From the NCBI GenBank assembly GCA_030427595.1, contig JAUIBX010000001.1, forward strand, positions 18,217-82,216: DNA of 64,000 nucleotides, in the 5' to 3' direction. This DNA is from Bacteriovoracia bacterium (GTDB lineage Bacteria > Bdellovibrionota > Bacteriovoracia > Bacteriovoracales > Bacteriovoracaceae). Shown here one piece after another: positions 1 through 7,690 of the stretch. The position numbers were made by a program, and so were the translations under genes. The notes beneath the pieces were generated by a model, which saw nothing but the letters and a program-made list of their open reading frames with translations, was not told the DNA's origin and searched no databases. Each line of letters opens with the position of its first letter. The first letter of the stretch is position 1.

Positions 1-121
1 GATCATAAATTGTTAGCGGGTAAATAATGGAAGAAATAAAAACTAAACTACATACATAAAGACTGAACTTAATCTGAAATTCGGGATTAATGAGGTATGT
101 TCTTCTTTTATAGCCGGCCAT
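1..121 (-). CDS. Partial CDS (N-terminus only): hypothetical membrane protein
   Basis: The reverse strand has an ATG at 121-119 and stays open to the window edge. It translates to MAGYKRRTYLINPEFQIKFSLYVCSLVFISSIIYPLTIYD, a basic N-terminus followed by a hydrophobic segment. It is too short to appear in the ORF track, and the Shine-Dalgarno (SD) sequence is weak. Confidence 0.3.
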   Translation of the reverse strand, partial: MAGYKRRTYLINPEFQIKFSLYVCSLVFISSIIYPLTIYD

Positions 122-279
122 ATGTCCATTATTTTAAGGATTTACCTTCACTTCATGATAAAGCTAAATGTCATTGTGCGCCAGAGCTTATTTGGAGGCA
201 AAGAATGTCAATGTGTTTACAAGACTTAGAACTTCAAAAAGCTCATAACTTGATTTAAAAAGTCATGTAAGGAGAAATT

Positions 280-1395
280 ATGGAAAATACAATCAAGTTG
301 TTAGGTAGTGTGAAGAACCCCGCCACAGGCAAGTCTTTGACTGAGGAAAACCGTTGGGTAAATGCTGAAGCAAAAGACTCTGGTGAAGTTGTTATTACCT
401 ACAAACGAGATGGTATTGATCCCAAACAAAAACGCCAAATCGAAGATGCGATTGTAGACGCTCTCAAGTCAAATTATGAAGAAGATAAGATACTAGTTAA
501 AACAGTTTCACAAGATCCTGCACCAAAGGCAGAAGATAAGCCAACTGCAGCTCATGCCAACCTTAAAGTGGGTCATGGTGTAAATGGTAATAAGAAGCGT
601 ATTCCTAAAGTGAAAAAGGTTATTGCTGTCTCTAGTGCGAAGGGTGGAGTTGGTAAGTCAACTGTTGCAGTAAATCTCGCGGTTTCACTAAAAAATATGG
701 GTCATAGCGTGGGAATGCTTGACGCTGATATCTATGGTCCAAGTCTTCCAATTCTTCTCAACAAAAAAGGTTCAAAGCCAGAGGCGACTCCTGAGAAAAA
801 AATTAAACCACTCGAGTCTTATGGCCTTAAGTTTATAAGCTTTGGTTTATTTATAAACGATAATGACCCTGTCATTTGGCGTGGGCCAATGCTTGGTGGT
901 GTCCTCAATCAATTCTTCTTTGATACTGATTGGGGTGAGCTGGATTATCTGATTATTGACCTACCTCCAGGAACAGGGGATACGCAACTTTCCCTAGTTC
1001 AAAATACTGAGGTCGATGGAGTTGTTGTCGTATCAACACCTCAAAACGTTGCCGTTGCAGATACCATTAAAGGTTTAAGAATGTTTCAACAAGTCAACAC
1101 ACCTATTATTGGAATGGTTGAAAATATGGCCTATTTCTCTCCTGATGGAAAAGAAGAGAAATACTATATCTTTGGAAAAGATGGCGTTAAGAATGTTGCT
1201 AAAGAGCTTGAGGTGAACTTTTTGGGAAGCATTCCTTTAGAGATGGTCATGAGAGAAGGCGGAGATCAGGGGAAGCCTTACATGGCCGACGAATCTCATA
1301 AAGAAAATGAAGGCTACAAGTCTTATATGGCGATCGCTGAAAAAGTTGCTAAAATGAACGAGGAAAAAGGATTTTTTAGCAAGCTTTTCAAGTAG
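280..1395 (+). CDS. apbC: Mrp/ApbC-family Fe-S cluster carrier ATPase (MinD/ParA-like P-loop)
   Basis: Deviant Walker A motif in KVIAVSSAKGGVGKSTVAVNLA. Also has the DLPPGTGD motif and an N-terminal DUF59-like extension. SD AAGGAG lies upstream of the ATG. Confidence 0.9.
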   Translation: MENTIKLLGSVKNPATGKSLTEENRWVNAEAKDSGEVVITYKRDGIDPKQKRQIEDAIVDALKSNYEEDKILVKTVSQDPAPKAEDKPTAAHANLKVGHGVNGNKKRIPKVKKVIAVSSAKGGVGKSTVAVNLAVSLKNMGHSVGMLDADIYGPSLPILLNKKGSKPEATPEKKIKPLESYGLKFISFGLFINDNDPVIWRGPMLGGVLNQFFFDTDWGELDYLIIDLPPGTGDTQLSLVQNTEVDGVVVVSTPQNVAVADTIKGLRMFQQVNTPIIGMVENMAYFSPDGKEEKYYIFGKDGVKNVAKELEVNFLGSIPLEMVMREGGDQGKPYMADESHKENEGYKSYMAIAEKVAKMNEEKGFFSKLFK

Positions 1396-1401
1396 GATAT
1401 C

Positions 1402-1932
1402 TTGGCCTTTGTAAAAACCATCGCGGACCAGGCGACATTAAGTTTTACTGGACGCATAAACGTTCTTGAAAAAGACACAGGAAAATATCTTGGTAAGGTC
1501 TCTCTTATCGAGGGCGAAATTGTTTACTGTGCTTACAATGGCCATGTGGGAAAATCATCACTTTATAATATTGTGATTGATGATCAAGTTAGAGAAGGTC
1601 TAACCTTTGTCGCTGAACCGGAGATCGTTACCTTATCGGAAGCGATTTTTCAGCTGCCTTATGAGACCTTTATAAAAGAAAGCAGCTTTATCTATCAGAC
1701 CTATAGAGATTCTATAAAGTTGCGACCACCTGATCATATTCGTTTGTTGATAGACCCAGATTTTGTTGCAAGAGGTCCAAACATATCCTTTTGGGAATAT
1801 GAAGTTTTGACTGTCATATCCGACTTTAATAAAGTAGCGGATATTTTTTCAGAGTGTAATCTTTTAGAATACCAAACGATTAACGCGCTAGTGAGTCTTA
1901 GAAAGAAGGGCGCTTTAAAAGTTTTACGGTAA
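1402..1932 (+). CDS. Hypothetical protein (possibly DUF4388/PATAN-like N-terminal fold)
   Basis: 176-codon ORF with a TTG start 7 nt after the mrp stop, on the same strand. The family assignment is only a weak resemblance. Confidence 0.55.
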   Translation: MAFVKTIADQATLSFTGRINVLEKDTGKYLGKVSLIEGEIVYCAYNGHVGKSSLYNIVIDDQVREGLTFVAEPEIVTLSEAIFQLPYETFIKESSFIYQTYRDSIKLRPPDHIRLLIDPDFVARGPNISFWEYEVLTVISDFNKVADIFSECNLLEYQTINALVSLRKKGALKVLR

Positions 1933-1944
1933 AGAGGAAAAGTT

Positions 1945-2136
1945 ATGAAATCTCAAAAGCACAACCAAGGCGAGCTTAAAGAGCTTAAAGTAAAAATTGA
2001 AAAAGATATCGTGGAGTCTTTTGAGGGAATGGCGAAAACAAGTGGCCTTCCTATTGAAGACCTTGTGGTCATTGCCCTTAAGAGGTTTAAGGCAAGCCAC
2101 GGTGATTATACGGGCAAGACCCCCAAGTTTGATTAG
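1945..2136 (+). CDS. Small hypothetical protein, ribbon-helix-helix-like
   Basis: 63 codons with SD GAGGAAAAG upstream. The segment KVKIEKDIVESFEGMAKTSGLPIEDLVVIALKRF has a beta-alpha-alpha pattern like CopG/Arc RHH proteins. Confidence 0.5.
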   Translation: MKSQKHNQGELKELKVKIEKDIVESFEGMAKTSGLPIEDLVVIALKRFKASHGDYTGKTPKFD

Positions 2137-2140
2137 GCGC

Positions 2141-2525
2141 CGCGGTCACAAGTGCCCAGTGGGCATTTGAATGACGCGAGCGCAGCTCCACCCAAGACAA
2201 GATACAGGAGGAGCGCAGCGACGACGCCCTATCTTGTCGCGTAAATAAGACCTAATTAGTGATGTCCCGCAGGGACGAGCGGATACGTAAGAACCACAGA
2301 GCTCCTGAGGCCCGAACAGGGCCAAGCCCCCATGCAAATCAAATAAGTACCACCATAATAAGGAACGGTAAGTACCACTGGCCTAGTCTCGTGGTACCCT
2401 CCAACCACTTACCGAGCACCTGACAAAGTCGCGACAGAGCGTCGGGCAAGCCCTCCTGTGTCGCTCCTAGGGTGGAGCTGCGGTGTGGTCACCTGAATGC
2501 CCACAGGGCATTCGTGCCACACCGC
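2141..2525 (+). other. GC-rich nested inverted-repeat element (candidate structured ncRNA or REP/MITE-like element)
   Basis: Nested complementary segments:
- 2144-2175 with 2488-2518 (imperfect, about 27 pairs including 3 G-U)
- 2181-2193 with 2470-2482 (13 of 13)
- 2204-2211 with 2452-2459 (8 of 8)
- 2234-2241 with 2430-2437

Internal hairpins lie at 2264-2276, 2309-2323 and 2366-2414. A hand count gives 36 of 60 G+C in 2141-2200, against visibly AT-rich flanks. Only implausible antisense ORFs overlap it. Confidence 0.5.
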
Positions 2526-2669
2526 CTGTGTAATTTCTCTAACCCTGTCCAAAACTTAAACACCCCCTCCAAACCACCGACCACGACCTAAGTACCACCG
2601 ACCCTGTAAAATCAACAGCTTAGACACGTGAGATGTCTTTATATTACACACCACCCACTTCATCAGAGT

Positions 2670-2685
2670 TGGCACGCGCGTTGCA
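2670..2685 (+). promoter_or_regulatory. Sigma-54 (RpoN) promoter, -24/-12 elements
   Basis: TGGCACGCGCGTTGCA matches the consensus TGGCACG-N4-TTGCW exactly. GG at 2671-2672 and GC at 2683-2684 are separated by 10 nt. It lies about 30 nt upstream of the SD and ATG at 2716. Confidence 0.7.
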
Positions 2686-2715
2686 TCATATTCAGCAAAC
2701 CTAATGGAGGAACAA

Positions 2716-3921
2716 ATGAAAGCCGTTAAAGCAATCGCAAAGACATTCACAATTGGAGCGGGCCTAGTCTCTCTAGTTGCGGTTGCAGAAACTTACTATG
2801 ATCAGAAGTTTTATACGGCTAACTTTATGGATGAGGTGAAAGAAGTGAGACTGTCACTTCCTACTCAACCTGAAAAGAGGATAGTTGCTTCTCAAGAAAA
2901 AGAGCTTCCTCTCGTTCAAGAGGTTTCTCTAGATAATTCAGGCCTTATTGATGGTGAGTGGAAAATCACAAAGGTTATAAACGATCTTGGTGAAGTAACT
3001 TATGACATTGAAAATGATTACAACAAAGAACCTGTTGTAGTTGATATGAAGCTTATCTCTTTAAGTACGGTAAGAATCGATAATGACCTCGATCAAACCT
3101 TTAAAGTTTCTTACCTAACTGAAAATGGAACGATTGCTCTTTTTAAAGAGTTTGGCGAGGGTTATGAAATCGTTCAGGCTTCAAAATATACTCGCCCAGT
3201 AAAGATTAAAAAGGTTGTACCTGTAGTAAAGAAGGTTGAGGAAAAGAAAGAAGAAGTAAAAGCACCCAAATATCATATTGAAGAAGAATTAGTTGCTATG
3301 TCGGGAATCGATCCTAAAGTAAAGGGAGCGATTAGAGGTGAGCAAGTTCAAGGTATCGCCTACCTACAAAATGGGGAGCTTATCTTAGAAGGTGCTGCTA
3401 TTCATATCGGTACTAATCGTCAAAGTGAACAAGTATCAACTGAGGTAAGACTTAAGGGTCATGGTGCTTTCAATGATGACAATGGTATAGCTGGAGTTGT
3501 AACAAATGTTACCAAAGATGAGGTTAAGGTACGCTTCTCTACCGGACCACTTGCTGGAGTAATGCTTAACTTTGTGACAGCTGAGAAAAGAAGAAAGATT
3601 GAAGATAAGTACGCAGAGTCTTTTAGAGAAAATCAGCAACCTATTGAGCAAGCTCAACCAATCAATGCTCAAGCAGAAGTACCACAAATGTACCCTGAAG
3701 AAAGAAGAGCTGAAGAGCAAGAGCTATATGAGCAGGAGTTAAGAGAGCAAGAACTATATGAAGAAGAGCAATACTATGAAGAGGCAAATGGTGAAAGAGT
3801 AAATGAATCTCAATTGCCAGAATTTGAGGATGGTGCTGATTTCCAGGAGATGAGAATGGAGCAAGAGCAAACCCGTTACCCTTCAAGTGTTGAGATTTCT
3901 AAGTCAGGATTTTCGTTTTAA
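2716..3921 (+). CDS. Hypothetical secreted or membrane-anchored protein with a Glu/Gln/Tyr-rich acidic C-terminus
   Basis: The ORF track starts at 2704. The ATG at 2716 is preceded by GGAGG (2706-2710) and gives MKAVKAIAKTFTIGAGLVSLVAVA, a signal or anchor sequence. The C-terminal low-complexity segment is EQELYEQELREQELYEEEQYYEE. I recognise no family. Confidence 0.8.
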   Translation: MKAVKAIAKTFTIGAGLVSLVAVAETYYDQKFYTANFMDEVKEVRLSLPTQPEKRIVASQEKELPLVQEVSLDNSGLIDGEWKITKVINDLGEVTYDIENDYNKEPVVVDMKLISLSTVRIDNDLDQTFKVSYLTENGTIALFKEFGEGYEIVQASKYTRPVKIKKVVPVVKKVEEKKEEVKAPKYHIEEELVAMSGIDPKVKGAIRGEQVQGIAYLQNGELILEGAAIHIGTNRQSEQVSTEVRLKGHGAFNDDNGIAGVVTNVTKDEVKVRFSTGPLAGVMLNFVTAEKRRKIEDKYAESFRENQQPIEQAQPINAQAEVPQMYPEERRAEEQELYEQELREQELYEEEQYYEEANGERVNESQLPEFEDGADFQEMRMEQEQTRYPSSVEISKSGFSF

Positions 3922-3943
3922 AATTAAACCTAAAAATTTAAGC

Positions 3944-3978
3944 AAAAAAAAGCCCCTCTCGTGAGGGGCTTTCTTATT
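3944..3978. terminator. Bidirectional rho-independent terminator between convergent genes
   Basis: Stem AGCCCCTC (3951-3958) pairs with GAGGGGCT (3963-3970) around loop TCGT. An A7 run lies 5' (a T-run on the minus strand, serving etfA) and TTCTTATT lies 3'. Confidence 0.8.
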
Positions 3979-4933
3979 ACATGATCTTTTTAAATTCTTC
4001 GGTAAGAATGGGAACGATTTTAAAGAGGTCGCCAACAATTCCATAGTCCGCTTTTGTAAAGATGGGAGCATCAGGATCAGTGTTGATTGCGACAATTACT
4101 TTAGAGGTTCTCATACCTGCTAAGTGTTGAATGGCACCAGAAATACCACATGCAATATAAAGTGATGGAGAAACTGTTTTACCAGTTTGACCTACCTGCA
4201 TGGCATGGGGAGCATATCCTGAATCAACGGCAGCACGAGAAGCACCGACAGTAGCACCGATTACCTCAGCGCATTCATCCAGGATCTTAAAGTTTTCAGC
4301 GTTCTTCATCGCGCGCCCACCACTAATAATAATATTAGCTTCTGTGAGGTCTACTTTCTCAGAGGCACCTTTAACAATTTCTTTAATCGCGGCACGAATT
4401 TCACCAACATCAGCAGAAACGTCTTGAACATTTCCAGCACCAGCGTTTGCACTTTCTGGCATACCTAAAGCATTGGGACGAACTGTCACAAAGTGAGGCT
4501 TAGGACCATCAATTTCAACTTTCGCAAGAACCTTACCAGCAAAAAGAGGACGAGTTCCAGCAAATGTTCCACCGTCCATTGTGAAGTTTGTAACCTCTGA
4601 GGCCATACCGGCATCAAAAGAACCTGCAAGACGTGGAAAAAGATCCTTACCAAGAGAAGTTGATCCGGCCATAACGTAGTCATAGCCACCAGATTCAATC
4701 ACACCTTTTAGTGCTTTTGAGTAACCTTCTGGAGAGTACTGCTCTAGACCATTTCCCGTAATTTTGTGGATATTGGCAGCTCCATGCTCAGCAAGAGCTT
4801 TTGCTCCCTCGTCAGGGAGGTTTCCAATACAAGCGACATCTACTTCTTGGCCATTGAGCTTGCCAAGAATTTCAAGAGTCACGGATTTAACATTGCTATC
4901 TGTAGTTTCTGTAAATACTAATACTTTTGCCAT
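3977..4933 (-). CDS. etfA: Electron transfer flavoprotein, alpha subunit
   Basis: 318 aa. Contains the C-terminal FAD-binding signature YIACGISGAIQHLAGM. Lies adjacent to etfB. Confidence 0.93.
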   Translation of the reverse strand: MAKVLVFTETTDSNVKSVTLEILGKLNGQEVDVACIGNLPDEGAKALAEHGAANIHKITGNGLEQYSPEGYSKALKGVIESGGYDYVMAGSTSLGKDLFPRLAGSFDAGMASEVTNFTMDGGTFAGTRPLFAGKVLAKVEIDGPKPHFVTVRPNALGMPESANAGAGNVQDVSADVGEIRAAIKEIVKGASEKVDLTEANIIISGGRAMKNAENFKILDECAEVIGATVGASRAAVDSGYAPHAMQVGQTGKTVSPSLYIACGISGAIQHLAGMRTSKVIVAINTDPDAPIFTKADYGIVGDLFKIVPILTEEFKKIM

Positions 4934-4951
4934 GATGAGGACTCCTTTTAC

Positions 4952-5740
4952 TTAAATGACTTTTGCTTCGTTACGAAGGAGTTGAACAACTTCTGCTACC
5001 ACTTCGGCCTGTTTAGCTTCATCCATAGCATCGAATTTCTTACCTGGTGGCTTTTCTGGTGGAAGTTGAAAGTTGCTGTATTTTAATCTTCTATCATCTG
5101 CGCTTACACCAACGTCAGCGAGAGAAAAGTTTTGAAGTGGTTTCTTTTTTGCCTTCATGATCCCTGGAAGACTGGCGTATCTAGGAGTGTTAAGGCCTTT
5201 GTTACATGCAACAAGAACAGGAGTACTGACTTCATACACTTCAAGTGCTCCACCTTCTACCTCTCTCTTGAGAGTGACTTTGCCATCAGCGGATTCAAAA
5301 CCTACAACAACGCTTACAGAGGGCATATCTAACATTTGAGCGAGAAGTTGAGGAACCTGAAGACAGTCGTCATCAATAGCTTGCTTGCCAGTGAAAATGA
5401 TGTCGGGAGTTTTGCCAGACTTTTCGATCCCACCTTTAAGGGCTTTAGCGATCATATAAGAGTCTAGGTTGTCTTCACCTTCGACAAGAACCGCTTCATC
5501 AGCACCCATAGCAAGAGCCGTTCTAAGGGCTTCAGTATCTTGAGTTGAACCAACGCGAACGACGGTTACTGTCGAGCCAGCATTCGCAGCTTTCAAAAGA
5601 AGAGCTTGCTCTACAGCAAATTCATCGTAAGGGTTCATGATCCACTTGATCGAACTTGTTTCAATAAAGGTTCCATCGCCATTGGGTGTAACCTTCGTTT
5701 CCGTGTCTGGAACTTGTTTTACGCAGACAAAAATATTCAT
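4952..5740 (-). CDS. etfB: Electron transfer flavoprotein, beta subunit
   Basis: 262 aa. The N-terminus MNIFVCVKQVPDTETKV is typical of EtfB. Same operon as etfA. Confidence 0.93.
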   Translation of the reverse strand: MNIFVCVKQVPDTETKVTPNGDGTFIETSSIKWIMNPYDEFAVEQALLLKAANAGSTVTVVRVGSTQDTEALRTALAMGADEAVLVEGEDNLDSYMIAKALKGGIEKSGKTPDIIFTGKQAIDDDCLQVPQLLAQMLDMPSVSVVVGFESADGKVTLKREVEGGALEVYEVSTPVLVACNKGLNTPRYASLPGIMKAKKKPLQNFSLADVGVSADDRRLKYSNFQLPPEKPPGKKFDAMDEAKQAEVVAEVVQLLRNEAKVI

Positions 5741-5773
5741 ATTGATCTCCTTAAAAAAGAAAATGGTTTTAGT

Positions 5774-6913
5774 TTACTTAAGAACTTCCTTGGCAATAAC
5801 CAATCTTTGAATTTGGGAGGTCCCCTCGTATATTTGGATAAGCTTTGCGTCCCTCATTAACTTTTCCACAGGGTATTCTTTACTATACCCATAGCCTCCG
5901 TAAATCTGAACTGCGTCAGTAGCAACTTGCATAAAAGAGTCTGCAGAAAAGGCTTTCGCCATAGAGGCTAATTTAGTGTTTGATTGACCTTGATCAATAA
6001 GCCACGCGGATTTGTAAACAAGTAGCCGTGCAGCCTCCACTTTCATTGCCATTTCGGCGAGCATAAATTGAATAGATTGATGACCAGCAATAGGTTTACC
6101 AAATTGAATTCTTTCCTTGGCGTACTCATTAGCATAATCAAGTGCACACTGCGCACCGCCTACAGCAGAAGCCGCAACCATTGGCCTAGAGTGGTCTAAA
6201 GTTTTCATTGCAATGGCCCAGCCATCACCAGGCTTACCTAGCATATTTTCTTTGGGGACTTTTACATCTTTAAAAGTCACTGCCCTAGTATCCGAGCAAC
6301 AGTGGCCCATCTTTTTTTCAGGAGCACCTATCTCAATACCTGGCGTATCTTTATCAATGATGAGTGCACTGATTCCTTTATGCTTCATTTCGGGGTCTAT
6401 GGTGCCATATAAGGTAAAGACGTCAGCATAACCAGCATTAGTGATCCACATCTTTTGACCATTTACGATCCAATGATCCCCACCATCTTTGATGGTCGTC
6501 TTTATACCACCAGCATCACTGCCATTGCCTGGTTCAGTTAGGCAAAAGGCTGCAATTTTATAGGATTCAGTAAAGGGAGTGAGGTACTTTTTCTTTTGCT
6601 CGTCGTTGCCACCAATAACAATGGGGAGAAGGGCAAGGTCATTCGCCATGATGGCCGTATTCATGCCAAGGCATCCATAGGCAAGGGCTTCAGTTATAAC
6701 CATAGAGTCCATGGTAGTAAAACCAGTGCCGCCGTACTCGGCAGGTATGCATGTATTAACTAGGCCCAAACTCCATGCTTTCTCAAGAATCTCCATCGGC
6801 ATTTCGCCTTTTTGGTCATACTCTGCCGACTTAGGAATCATTTCCAGCTTGGCAAACTTCATGGCCATTTCTTGGATTTCTTTTTGTTCTTGAGAGAGTT
6901 CAAAATTTAACAT
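5774..6913 (-). CDS. Acyl-CoA dehydrogenase (short/branched-chain type)
   Basis: ACAD family motifs are present, including YEGTSQIQRLVIAKE at the C-terminus. The ORF track starts at 6973. The internal ATG at 6913 (MLNFELSQEQKEI) has AGGA about 9 nt upstream and gives the usual length of about 380 aa. Confidence 0.92.
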   Translation of the reverse strand: MLNFELSQEQKEIQEMAMKFAKLEMIPKSAEYDQKGEMPMEILEKAWSLGLVNTCIPAEYGGTGFTTMDSMVITEALAYGCLGMNTAIMANDLALLPIVIGGNDEQKKKYLTPFTESYKIAAFCLTEPGNGSDAGGIKTTIKDGGDHWIVNGQKMWITNAGYADVFTLYGTIDPEMKHKGISALIIDKDTPGIEIGAPEKKMGHCCSDTRAVTFKDVKVPKENMLGKPGDGWAIAMKTLDHSRPMVAASAVGGAQCALDYANEYAKERIQFGKPIAGHQSIQFMLAEMAMKVEAARLLVYKSAWLIDQGQSNTKLASMAKAFSADSFMQVATDAVQIYGGYGYSKEYPVEKLMRDAKLIQIYEGTSQIQRLVIAKEVLK

Positions 6914-6994
6914 GGTTCGGCATCCTGCTTTTTGTCCATGCTCATTATAGTTCTCTGCAAAGATTAGGGTCAAACCCTATAATATAGACTTTGA

Positions 6995-7459
6995 TTAGGA
7001 ATTAAATACCCAACACTCATTGTCAAACTTATCAGTGAAGTGAAAACAACTTTCTAGCTCTTTATAAATCTTAAGTTCCTTCAGAGGCTCAACAATAAAG
7101 CTCCTCTCAAATAGTCGTGGATGAGGGACATCTAGGTTTTCTGAGGAAATCGTTTCATTGCCCCAAAAGAGTAGGTCTATATCTACCGTTCGAGGTCCTT
7201 TATCAATTTCACGTGTCCTTCCTAGCGAAGCCTCAATTTCCATGATGCGATCGAGTACCTCGTGGGGTTTAATTTGAGGCATTTCAAAAGCAAGAACTTG
7301 ATTGAGAAAGTCCGGTTGATTGAGATAGTCGACAGCTGGCGATTCATAAATTCGACTTTCTTCTAGAAAGGAAAACTCACTTTTAAGAAAGTCTTTTGCT
7401 TTTTTTAGATTTCCAACTCGATCACCTAAGTTGGAGCCAGTGGAGAATATAATGTACAT
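6995..7459 (-). CDS. folK: 2-amino-4-hydroxy-6-hydroxymethyldihydropteridine pyrophosphokinase (HPPK)
   Basis: Motifs GSNLGDR, GPRTVDIDLLFWG and PHPRLFERSFIVEPL. Confidence 0.9.
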   Translation of the reverse strand: MYIIFSTGSNLGDRVGNLKKAKDFLKSEFSFLEESRIYESPAVDYLNQPDFLNQVLAFEMPQIKPHEVLDRIMEIEASLGRTREIDKGPRTVDIDLLFWGNETISSENLDVPHPRLFERSFIVEPLKELKIYKELESCFHFTDKFDNECWVFNS

Positions 7460-7462
7460 CTT

Positions 7463-7690
7463 TTAATTGGCCTTCGCTTCTTTTTCTTTGTCTTCTTGTT
7501 CTTGTTCCTGTTGTTCGTTTGCTTCGTTGAGAACGTTTTCGTTTTTAACTGGAGGTTTGTCCATGTAATAACTTTCGACAGAGGGGAGAAAAGTATCTGC
7601 AGGAGCTACTGGGTCGGACTTAACACCACAAGATAGAAGAGGTGAGACAAGCAAAAAGAGTAAGATGTAAAGAAGTGGGCTAGAATTCAA
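7463..7690 (-). CDS. Putative small lipoprotein (start uncertain)
   Basis: The lipobox-like LLSCG is preceded by the hydrophobic run LLYILLFLLVSP. The tail is acidic and Lys-rich. The track start (TTG at 7753) would overlap the upstream gene by 74 nt, while the in-frame TTG at 7690 gives MNSSPLLYILLFLLVSPLLSCG. There is no positively charged n-region. Confidence 0.35.
   Translation of the reverse strand: MNSSPLLYILLFLLVSPLLSCGVKSDPVAPADTFLPSVESYYMDKPPVKNENVLNEANEQQEQEQEDKEKEAKAN

Noticed and set aside
1945-2136. RHH protein as the antitoxin of a toxin-antitoxin pair
   Set aside because: No toxin-sized ORF is adjacent on either side. Downstream is the non-coding GC-rich block.
2301-2330. Hammerhead-ribozyme-like string CUGAGGCCCGAACAGGGCCAAGC
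   Set aside because: It resembles the minimal hammerhead CUGAUGA-GGCC-GAAA-GGCC-GAAAC. It lacks the UGA of the CUGAUGA box and the GAAAC box, so the catalytic core is absent.
2514-2519. Minus-strand TGGCAC inside the GC-rich element as a second sigma-54 promoter
   Set aside because: The sequence following it on the minus strand (GAATGCCCTG) has no TTGC/GC -12 element, and there is no minus-strand gene to drive.
2141-2525. Known housekeeping RNA (RNase P RNA, tmRNA, SRP/4.5S, 6S) or a retron msr-msd
   Set aside because: I searched both strands by eye for diagnostic strings and found none. The strings were GGAAAGTCCGG (RNase P), a TTCGAATCC-type T-arm followed by ACCA plus a GGGGC 5' end (tmRNA), and GGTCAGGTCCGGAAGGAAGCAGCC (SRP). 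No reverse transcriptase gene follows, because the downstream gene lacks any YxDD region, so a retron is unlikely. This is a manual check and is not a substitute for cmscan.
2146-2750. ORF-track entries 2146..2337(-) and 2556..2750(-) inside the GC-rich intergenic block
   Set aside because: Both are antisense, have no SD and translate to Cys/Arg/Gly-rich nonsense typical of random frames in GC-rich DNA. The second overlaps the well-supported start of the plus-strand gene at 2716. I treat them as non-coding.
3436-3886. Antisense ORFs 3436..3720(-) and 3662..3886(-), and the many similar 60-130-aa antisense ORFs inside long genes across the window
   Set aside because: Each lies fully within a longer, well-supported CDS on the opposite strand or in another frame. 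They have no independent SD or motif support.
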